From NCBI GenBank assembly GCA_965207785.1, contig CBDBNO010000011.1, positions 140,664-204,663 on the forward strand: a stretch of 64,000 nucleotides of DNA, given 5' to 3'. Below, piece after piece: positions 9,701 to 15,924 of this stretch; positions within the stretch are counted from its first letter, which is position 1, and every line of letters starts with the position of its first letter. The notes under the pieces are model-generated. The model searched no databases. It was not told the DNA's origin and worked only from the letters and a program-made list of their open reading frames with translations. A program made the position numbers and the translations under genes. The DNA comes from Alphaproteobacteria bacterium (GTDB lineage Bacteria; Pseudomonadota; Alphaproteobacteria; SP197).

Positions 9701-12694
9701 CTGCGCATTCGCCTTCGCCTCCGCCAGCGTGGTCGGCGTCAGGCCGGGATACTCCTCCACGCCGAACGCCACCAGCACGCGCCGCCAGCGCTTCACATGC
9801 GCCGCGCCGTGCTGCGTCTGCGCCGCCATCGCGCGCACCTCCGCGACCAGCGCCGGGTCCACCGCCGCAACCGCCGGCGCCGCATCGTCGTCGTCCCGCA
9901 CGGAGACCGTGCCGGAGCCGGACGAGCCCACCGTGTAGCCGCTGCCGGCCGCCACCGTCACGGTGACAGAGCCGTCCGGCTCGTCCGTGGAATCGTCGCC
10001 GGTCGTCAGCGTCAGCGTGGCGCTGCCCGACGCCGGGATGGTCACCGTTTGCGTGCCGGCGGCGACGCCCCAGTCGCCGTCCGACGCCACCGTCACGCTG
10101 ACCGCAAGGTCCGCCGCCGGGGCCGGGCTCGCCGTCAGGGTGAACACCGCATCGCCGCCCTCCGTCACCGCGCTCCCCGCCGACACCGCGATCTCCGGCG
10201 TCTGCTGTTGCGGCTGGTCCTGCCCCTGCTCAAGCGACGACAGGTACACCGAGGCCGCCCAGAACGGGCTCGACGGCCACTTCGCCGCGTTCTCGTGGAT
10301 CTCGGAGGCCGGCATCGCCTCCTCCGGGCTCGCCGTATAGCCGATCGACGCCAGCACCCGGTTCCACTTCCTGATGTGCGCGGGATTGCCCTTCACCGCC
10401 TTGTTCGCCGGGTTGTCCCGCGCCGCGATCAGATGGTCCACCACCGTCTGGTAGTCGGTCCAGTCCGGCGCGCCCTGCCCGGGCTCGTGGTTGAGGATCC
10501 TGATCGCCGAGCGCACCGGCGTGAACGGCTGATAGCCGCCGCTCGCCTCCAGATGCACCGTGACCCACTCGCCGCTGTCCTCCGCCGAATCGTCGATAAT
10601 CGTCACCGGAATGACCGCCGTCGTCGCGCCCGGCGGCACCGTGACCGTCGACGGAACCGTGTAGTCGACGCCCCGCGTCGCATTGCCCGACAGCCTGTAG
10701 TTCAGGGTGAAGTCCGCACTCGGCGCCGGGTTGACCGCCACCACCAGGTTCACCGTCCCGGCCGTGCTCTCCCGCACCTGCCGCGAGTTGGTCACGAAGG
10801 ACACCTTGCGGGCGACCGAGTCGTCGTCGCGCACCGTCGCCTCCGCCGCCGCCCGGTGCGGGAAGGTGTGCCCGCCCACGGACAAGCCGTTCGTGTCGAT
10901 GGTGTAGCCGAAACGGCTCCCCGCCGGCACCACCGTCGTGACCGTCCCGTCCGCCGGCACCGTGCCGTCGGCCCGCGCCAGCGACGCCCGCACCGTGCAG
11001 TCCGGCTCCGCGGTGCCGTCGTTCACCGTCGGCACGGTCAGGACCGTGCTCCCGACCCGCGGCGCGAAGTAGACCTCGTGGCGCTTCGCGTTCCCCGGCG
11101 CCAGGCAGTTGCCGGTCTGCCCCACCTTCAGATGCACCGTGAACGGCCCCTGCGCCGGCGACGGGGCACTGACCTCGAAGTGGACGGGCTTCCCCTCCGC
11201 CACGCCGCCGTCGAGCGCCTGCGGGTGCCACTGCCTGACCGTGACCGTCGGGACGACGTTGCCCGCCGAGCCGTCCGGGCCGTCCTTGATCGTGATCCAG
11301 TACGGATCGTTGGTGACGACCCCGAAGGGCGGCGGGTTGCCTTCGCCCCAGCTGCCGACCGGGCCGGAGAACATCAGCATCCTGCGCACGTCGCTCTCGA
11401 CCAGGGTGGAAGGCGAGATCCGGAGAAGCGCAGTCTTGCTCTTCTCGCCGACGGCAAAGGTCAGGGGGGTGAGCCACTGGTGTGCATGGACGCCCGGCTG
11501 CACGTAGGCGTTCACGGCGATCTGCCGGGTCGCCGCCACGGGGATGAACCCCACCCCCTTCTCCAGCGCCGGGCGGACGAGCCGCGCATTGATGATGATG
11601 TCGCTGCCGGCGGGTGCCTCCGTAATCTCGCATTCGCGGCCGGTGCACGAGCCGCCGACAGGAACAATGCTGTCCACGATGACCAGCGGCGGGCCCGGCG
11701 AGGGCGTGTAGGGCAGCTCCTCCAGCAGCCTGATCTCGCCGTCGCCCGAGCGGCTCGACGAGGCCACCGTCACCCCCGTCGAGGTCACCGTGCCCAGGCT
11801 CACCGTCACCGTCTCGTCGTCGTCGGTGTTGTCCGGAGCGGCCTGCACCTCCAGCGTGGCCGCGGCGACCGACGGGCCGGTGAAGGTCACCGTGCTCCCG
11901 GACAGCGACACCCCCGTGAACGTGCTCGTCAGGAACAGGCTGAAGTCCGCGGGCCGCGAGGCGCCGGCGAAGTTCAGCGGAACCGTCACCGTCTCGCCGC
12001 TCACCAGCGCACGGCTCAGCGCCACGCGGATCTGCGCCACGTTGTTGGCGTCGTCCTCAACCGCAAGGTCGTCCGGGATCGACAGGGTGAGGGTGAAGGG
12101 TGGCTTGACCACGCCGCCGAGGCTGATTTTCAGGGGTACCGTGACGGTGGCCCATGCGCCTGTTGAATTCCATTGTCTACGCAAAGCGTTGTTACCGATG
12201 CTCCAGCCGGCCAGGGCTCCGCTGTCCTCGTTGTTCGAATCCGTGCTGCGTAGGTCCGACGAACCTCTATTGGAGCTCATATCGATCACAAGGAAGTACG
12301 TGGTACCGGCCGCAAGGTCGATGCCCGTGCTCGTGAAGGTCAGCGTCTGGTCCGAGTTGGAGTTGGTGAAGGCGGGGTTGGTCAGGGTCCCGAGAGAACT
12401 GCCCGGAGACCCGCTGGATTCGGAGTGGATGCTGGCGGTGAGCTGCGAAGAAGTAATATTGCTGATCGTGGAAAATTCCACTTCGACGCTGCGCAGGCTG
12501 TAACCTTCGCTGTTGCTGCCGGTCGTGAACGCCATGGCGTAATCGGTGCTCAAACCATATGCGGCTCCGTCTGCCTGACCGACGTTGCTGACAAAGGTCT
12601 GCGTCGTCTGCGCCTCGGCCCCGGTCGGCAGGGCGGCCAGCAGCGGCAGGGCGAGCAGCGCGGCGGCGAGGACCGGGCGCAGGCCGCGCCCCAA
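6713..12694 (-). CDS. giant type Va autotransporter adhesin (1,993 aa) with multiple Calx-beta domains and C-terminal beta-barrel translocator
   Basis: TTG start. Signal peptide MGRGLRPVLAAALLALPLLAALPTGAEA/QT. Repeated Calx-beta motifs (TEGGDAVFTLT...DDAADEPDGSVTV; GNATRGVDYTVP...IIDDSAEDSGEWVTVHL). C-terminal ~300 aa is a classic autotransporter beta-domain (MAFWGRAAQARFDG...LGADYARGRWLVGLALAQSDGEGDY...GIGVDLAIRW) ending in W. Confidence 0.85.
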   Translation of the reverse strand: MGRGLRPVLAAALLALPLLAALPTGAEAQTTQTFVSNVGQADGAAYGLSTDYAMAFTTGSNSEGYSLRSVEVEFSTISNITSSQLTASIHSESSGSPGSSLGTLTNPAFTNSNSDQTLTFTSTGIDLAAGTTYFLVIDMSSNRGSSDLRSTDSNNEDSGALAGWSIGNNALRRQWNSTGAWATVTVPLKISLGGVVKPPFTLTLSIPDDLAVEDDANNVAQIRVALSRALVSGETVTVPLNFAGASRPADFSLFLTSTFTGVSLSGSTVTFTGPSVAAATLEVQAAPDNTDDDETVTVSLGTVTSTGVTVASSSRSGDGEIRLLEELPYTPSPGPPLVIVDSIVPVGGSCTGRECEITEAPAGSDIIINARLVRPALEKGVGFIPVAATRQIAVNAYVQPGVHAHQWLTPLTFAVGEKSKTALLRISPSTLVESDVRRMLMFSGPVGSWGEGNPPPFGVVTNDPYWITIKDGPDGSAGNVVPTVTVRQWHPQALDGGVAEGKPVHFEVSAPSPAQGPFTVHLKVGQTGNCLAPGNAKRHEVYFAPRVGSTVLTVPTVNDGTAEPDCTVRASLARADGTVPADGTVTTVVPAGSRFGYTIDTNGLSVGGHTFPHRAAAEATVRDDDSVARKVSFVTNSRQVRESTAGTVNLVVAVNPAPSADFTLNYRLSGNATRGVDYTVPSTVTVPPGATTAVIPVTIIDDSAEDSGEWVTVHLEASGGYQPFTPVRSAIRILNHEPGQGAPDWTDYQTVVDHLIAARDNPANKAVKGNPAHIRKWNRVLASIGYTASPEEAMPASEIHENAAKWPSSPFWAASVYLSSLEQGQDQPQQQTPEIAVSAGSAVTEGGDAVFTLTASPAPAADLAVSVTVASDGDWGVAAGTQTVTIPASGSATLTLTTGDDSTDEPDGSVTVTVAAGSGYTVGSSGSGTVSVRDDDDAAPAVAAVDPALVAEVRAMAAQTQHGAAHVKRWRRVLVAFGVEEYPGLTPTTLAEAKANAQKYSSPLWPRIVEALEKLAAAPDTPPDTPPLTPPEIAVSAGSAVTEGGDAVFTLTATPAPAADLAVSVTVAADGDWGVTAGSRTVTIPTSGSATLTLATTDDAADEPDGSVTVTVADGSGWTAGDPASGTVAVRDDDAALPEVTVAAKAASVTEGGDAVFTLTATPAPAADLAVSVSVAADGDWGVTAGTQTVTIPTTGSATLTLATTDDAADEPDGSVTATVTDGSGYTVGASAYATVAVRDDDLPPPVVTIAAKAASVSEGGDAVFTLTADRAPDADLTVTLAVSETGDGDHVAAADEGPATVTIPNDATEASFIVATVNDDADEPDGAAVVTVEAGAGYTVGDPASASVEVKDDDVPSTVPALSVGDSTAKEGGRLPVMPFTVSLSSPAPAPVRVYVSTRPSTPVSAEPGRDYAPGSSDLTFQAGETEKVVWIRIYDDSHDEGAETFEVVLSKARGAVIGDGVAVGTIVNDDPMPAAWLARFGRTVAEQALDGIAGRMSAPRTPGMQGAIAGQAVNLNPAPSGSGGPDLGSAGSPDGEAALAMAEIARGFGGSAGGPGSVSGTGGIGFGQTPAQSRTMTARDALLGSSFSLTGEKDSSGGSMAFWGRAAQARFDGAEGTFSLDGTVTTGMLGADYARGRWLVGLALAQSDGEGDYRDTDIAARAASQDCPAEAAELCRGAVREGDGTVEASLTAAVPYAAFQASERLKLWGAAGYGTGEVTLKTELGGRYSADTSWSMAAAGLRGDLLQAPQEGSGPALAVTSDALWTRTSSEKTARLAASDSDATRLRVGLEGRYHVALDGGGTLVPKLELGARHDGGDAETGFGVETGGGVRWSDPGMGLMLDLSGRTLIAHGNDDLKDRGFAAALAYDPAPATKRGASLSLRHDFGGRATGGLDALFQPQTLEDRTGSEATSRWAVEAAYGLPAFGGRWTGSPHAGLGLATGVRDWSLGWRLTPEGASAPDLSFGVKVTRRESGTARAEHGIGVDLAIRW

Positions 12695-12861
12695 GCGGCG
12701 GGCGGCATGGCGGACGCCAGCAGCGGCGCGGGCGGCGGGAAGGTCGCGACTGTCGGGAGTGTCGTGATGCCCCCGGTTAGAGAGACCGGGGCAGGCAGAA
12801 GAAGAAGCGTCAGGCGGGGAGGCTAGCGGGCGAAAGCGGTCCCGTACGCAAGACGCAGGTT

Positions 12862-12979
12862 GGGCGACCCGGCGACCCGGCGACCCGGCGACCCGGCGAC
12901 CCGGCGACCCGGCGACCCGGCGACCCGGCGACCCGGCGACCCGGCGACCCGGCGACCCGGCGACCCGGCGACCCGGCGA
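12862..12979. repeat. perfect tandem repeat of the 8-bp unit GGCGACCC (about 14.7 copies), 168-285 bp upstream of the adhesin start codon
   Basis: Read directly: gggcgaccc ggcgaccc ... ggcgacc. It produces artefactual repeat peptides (PGDPATRR / GSPGRRVA) in two ORF-track entries. Confidence 0.9.
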
Positions 12980-13321
12980 CCATTATACCGCCGGCATCAT
13001 CCCGGTTTGTCAAGCCGTCGGGTGAGCGGATGTCGCTCGCCCCGCCGTCCGGAGCCCCCGCGAGCGCAACCTTCGCCGCGCGCAAAATGTCACCGATCCT
13101 GTCCAACATGGTCATCGCATTGGTCCCCAACTCTGTCGCCCGGCAGGCCCCGCAAGGCACACGCCCGCCGGTCAACGCCTGTTCCATCGGCAATTCGTAA
13201 GCGGATTCCGGCGGCAACGCAAACACGGATCGTCCAAGACCACCCTGATCGGCGAGCTGTCGTCGGGTTCGGCCACGTTGAGCGCACACCGGCGCCAGCA
13301 TCATCTGGCCATCGTGCCAGC

Positions 13322-13555
13322 CCTGCGAACGCCCGTTCGGAGACCCGGTACCTCTCGCGCAACTCGGCCGTCATCATGGCACGGTTGAAGAGCCACGCTG
13401 ACCTGCTCGACATGGTCTCGGGGGCGATGGTGCCGGTCATCAACGGTTGCTGCAATCTCTACCACCCCTGCCAGGCACTCGCGGACGTGCTGACTATCGC
13501 GGCGGACCGGCGCGGGGATCCCGGTGGCGCACGCCGCCTGACCTACGTCGGCGGG
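13322..13555 (+). pseudogene. ornithine/aspartate carbamoyltransferase internal fragment (~78 codons), gene relic
   Basis: ETRYLSRNSAVIMARLKSHADLLDMVSGAMVPVINGCCNLYHPCQALADVLTIAADRRGDPGGARRLTYVGG matches the OTC core (VPVING..HPCQALAD...YVGD). Sequence on both sides is unrelated. No start or C-terminal domain. Confidence 0.55.
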
Positions 13556-13694
13556 TTGCGGTTGAGCGCGCGATCGACCAGCAGCTTCGACATCGACACG
13601 CCCTCGCGCTCCGCCAGGGCGCGGATGCGCTCCCGTTCGAGACGGCTGCACGAGATCGAGTGCATGGTGGCTCTCTCCTCGACGCGCCGGCCCG

Positions 13695-14027
13695 TCATGG
13701 TCCCGGCCTCCCGGCGTCCTGCCGCGCCTGGAATTCCCGGGCCGCAAGGTAGAGGAACGACAGCGCCTCCATGGCGGTGACGTCGCTCCCCGGCAAGGGC
13801 TCCATCAATTCCTCGAGAAGAAGCAGGGTGCGGTTCACCCGATTGAGAAGGTCGCGCTGTTCGGATTCCGAGAGCACCAGGCGCATGTCGTCCTCGTCCT
13901 CCAGGGCGCAGGCGACCATGAAGCGCGAGATCGGCATCTTCGCCGCCTTGGCCCGCCGGCCGATCTCCGCCCAGTCGCTCGGGCGGCAGCTGACGCTGAA
14001 CAGCTGGTTGCGTCTCACGGTCGTGAC
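13695..14027 (-). CDS. small ribbon-helix-helix (CopG/MobC-N-terminal-like) DNA-binding protein, ~111 aa, GTG start
   Basis: VTTVRRNQLFSVSCRPSDWAEIGRRAKAAKMPISRFMVACAL... fits the RHH pattern (beta-strand, then A..G.S.S.y.r). Paralog of the next gene. Start inferred by alignment to the paralog. Confidence 0.45.
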   Translation of the reverse strand, partial: VTTVRRNQLFSVSCRPSDWAEIGRRAKAAKMPISRFMVACALEDEDDMRLVLSESEQRDLLNRVNRTLLLLEELMEPLPGSDVTAMEALSFLYLAAREFQARQDAGRPGP

Positions 14028-14347
14028 TCCTTCCCCTCGATCTCGACCTCGGCCTTCAGCAGGGACTCGATCTCCTCCTCGATCGCCTGCCAGGCCTCCG
14101 CTTCTCCGGCGCGCTCGAAGCGATGGCGCTCGATGCGGGCCAGCACCATGAGGTGATGCGCAAGGCGCCACTGCAGGTCGGCCGGAAGACCGGCCGGTTG
14201 GGGTGGTCTTGTGGTCAGCATCTGCTGCACAGCGTAGCGCGAGATGGGCATGTCGAGGGCCTTCGCGCGCTCGCCGATCCGGGCCCACTCGCTGTCTGAT
14301 GCCATGATGGTGCGCGCCTTGCGCCGCGGATCCTTCGCGTTCATCAT
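14015..14347 (-). CDS. small ribbon-helix-helix DNA-binding protein, ~111 aa, paralog of the downstream gene
   Basis: MMNAKDPRRKARTIMASDSEWARIGERAKALDMPISRYAVQQML...; shares the SDxEWAxIGxRAKAxxMPISRxxV core with the neighbour. Overlaps it by ~12 nt. Confidence 0.45.
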   Translation of the reverse strand: MMNAKDPRRKARTIMASDSEWARIGERAKALDMPISRYAVQQMLTTRPPQPAGLPADLQWRLAHHLMVLARIERHRFERAGEAEAWQAIEEEIESLLKAEVEIEGKESRP

Positions 14348-14690
14348 GGACTCGGTGGCCGGTGGTGGGAACGACGTAAGGGGGCCGTGATGGTGTGTTC
14401 TGGCGGATGTTCGCGTGATGTACTGGACAGAATCACCATGGTCTGCATTGGTATCCATTGTGTGTGATTGTCATGCATTGACGGTGTTCCGGAGCATATA
14501 GGCGATGGAAGAAAGTCTACGTATGACTTCCCCGAATGCAACTGTGGCTCTACGGATCGCTATGCATGTATAGATCTGATGTCGTCCGTGGTACTTGACA
14601 TGGCCGTATTCCGCGCGTAATTAGCGTGACTTGGAGAGAGAGATGCCTTTTGGTGTTTCGATTACATGTATACATGTCGTCAAATTTCTC

Positions 14691-14707
14691 TGTCACACCT
14701 GACGACG
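14691..14707. repeat. 17-bp direct repeat TGTCACACCTGACGACG, right junction (attR core)
   Basis: Exact match to 4241..4257. Preceded by a 230-bp AT-rich tract. Confidence 0.65.
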
Positions 14708-14760
14708 GCGGCTGATGTCGCCACCCTACCTCCCCGAACGATGGTATCGAATCTGCTCAC
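14708..14760 (-). pseudogene. displaced 5' end of the hydantoinase gene (start codon plus ~18 codons)
   Basis: Minus strand: AGGAGA ribosome-binding site, GTG at 14760..14758, then SRFDTIVRGGRVATSAAVVRCD running into the 17-bp repeat. Joined to 4240.., this gives MSRFDTIVRGGRVATSAAVVRCDIGIREGRIAALADSLEGADHVIDAEGRTVTPGGIDSHCH, a textbook hydantoinase N-terminus. An upstream in-frame TGA fixes the start. Confidence 0.65.
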
Positions 14761-14808
14761 GTGTCTCTCCTCTCATTCCTGGCGGCATGACGGACCGGCA
14801 GGCGAGCC

Positions 14809-15924
14809 TTAAGGCGGCGCCACGCCGAGCTGCCTGCCAATCTCCAGACCGTCCTCCCAGCAGTGGCGGTCGATCCGCACCTCGCCCTCTTCAAGCGCCT
14901 GCCTCCGGCGCGCGGCGCTGCCCTCGCCGGGATACCTGATTTCCGTCACGCCGGGAGCCTTCCTGGAGGACTTGAGCGCTCCGAGGCGCTGACCCACGGA
15001 GCGCTTGAAGTCCTCGATGCTGCCAAAGATCTCCGGGTCGATCGCGATGAACAGGTGACCCTTGAGGGGCCCCTCCTTTTCCACGTGGTCCACGCCCATG
15101 TCACAACCGACCAGGGCGCCCGAGAGGAAATCGATCAGCAGCAGCAGGCCGTAGCCCTTGTGTCCGCCCGGGTCGATCGCGCCGATATCGCGGGTGTAGT
15201 TGAGGCCGTCGCACACCAGGCCGGGGTCGCTCGCAGAACGCCCGTCGCTGTCGTGAGCCACCCCGTCGGGGAGCCTGCCCCGATAGCGCCGGGTATAGCG
15301 CACGTAGGTGGGAAGCGTCGCGCAGGGTGTGAAATCGGCCAGAAACGGCGTGCTTCCGGTCGGCACCGAGAACGCCATCGGGTTGCTTCCGATGACGGGT
15401 TCGACGCCGCCGACCGGGTGGACGACGGGCACGACATCGTCGCTGAACACCATGCCGACCACATCCCGGTTCGCCATGCGCTCCGCGTACAGGCCCGCAT
15501 GAAACAGGTCATGGCTGTTTCTCACCCCGACGACCGCGCACCCGGCGACTTTCGCCTTGGCGGCCGCGACCTCGGCCGCCAGAAGGCCGGCCAAGGGGCC
15601 CGGGCCCGAGTTTCCGTCGATGAGCGCGAAGCAGGCCTTTCCCCTGACGATTTGAGGTCTTGCGACCGGATCGGCCTCGCCCTTCCGGTAGTACTGCAGG
15701 TGGCTGTTGATCAGGTGATTGAAGCCCTGCACGCCCACGCCCCTCAGATCGGATTCGAGGTGCACGTCCGCCACCACGGCCGCAGCCTCCCGGTCGAACC
15801 CCACCGCTTCCAGGAGACGTTGCATGTAGATCCGCAGGACATCGATCCGAACCGCTCTCGTTTCGTGGCCAAGCATGATGTCTCTTCCCTCACGACCCCA
15901 ATGGCTGCCATGGACGGGGGGCAA
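14809..15924 (-). CDS. Ldh_2 family (malate/L-lactate/ureidoglycolate dehydrogenase type 2) oxidoreductase
   Basis: 371-aa ORF with family-typical glycine-rich motifs and length. The true start may be the internal Met at ~15876 (MLGHETRAV...). Confidence 0.65.
   Translation of the reverse strand: MPPVHGSHWGREGRDIMLGHETRAVRIDVLRIYMQRLLEAVGFDREAAAVVADVHLESDLRGVGVQGFNHLINSHLQYYRKGEADPVARPQIVRGKACFALIDGNSGPGPLAGLLAAEVAAAKAKVAGCAVVGVRNSHDLFHAGLYAERMANRDVVGMVFSDDVVPVVHPVGGVEPVIGSNPMAFSVPTGSTPFLADFTPCATLPTYVRYTRRYRGRLPDGVAHDSDGRSASDPGLVCDGLNYTRDIGAIDPGGHKGYGLLLLIDFLSGALVGCDMGVDHVEKEGPLKGHLFIAIDPEIFGSIEDFKRSVGQRLGALKSSRKAPGVTEIRYPGEGSAARRRQALEEGEVRIDRHCWEDGLEIGRQLGVAPP

Larger units (their letters stand above)
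4241..14707. mobile_element. Integrated element (~10.4 kb): two tandem tyrosine integrases, Calx-beta autotransporter adhesin, 8-bp repeat tract, OTC gene fragment, two RHH proteins, AT-rich right end; inserted in the 5' end of hydA
   Basis: Bounded by an exact 17-bp direct repeat. The two hydA pieces on either side join in frame to a canonical hydantoinase N-terminus. Integrases sit next to the left junction. GC drops locally at 14460-14690 and 12100-12600. Confidence 0.65.

Noticed and set aside
10230-11648. 472-aa minus-strand ORF inside the adhesin gene
   Set aside because: It is an alternative frame of the adhesin coding region, made of G/R/A low-complexity sequence.
6557-12166. 1,869-aa plus-strand ORF
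   Set aside because: It is antisense to the autotransporter gene and has an Arg/Gly/Ala/Pro-rich, low-complexity translation (RRRHRR.., GRGDGDR..) typical of spurious open frames in high-GC DNA. The minus-strand frame has a signal peptide, domains and a beta-barrel.
12826-12990. Possible CRISPR array
   Set aside because: The repeats are contiguous 8-bp units with no spacers, so this is a microsatellite and not a CRISPR array. No cas genes are present in the window.
12810-13780. ORFs encoding PGDPATRR and GSPGRRVA peptide repeats
   Set aside because: Both are artefacts of translating the 8-bp DNA repeat tract (a 24-bp periodicity gives an 8-aa repeat). There are no other coding signatures apart from the embedded OTC fragment.
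14740-14760. tRNA-like T-loop (GGTATCGAATC) near attR that might be a tRNA integration target
   Set aside because: It lies inside the hydantoinase 5' coding fragment, with no acceptor or anticodon stems around it. The integration target here is the protein-coding gene.
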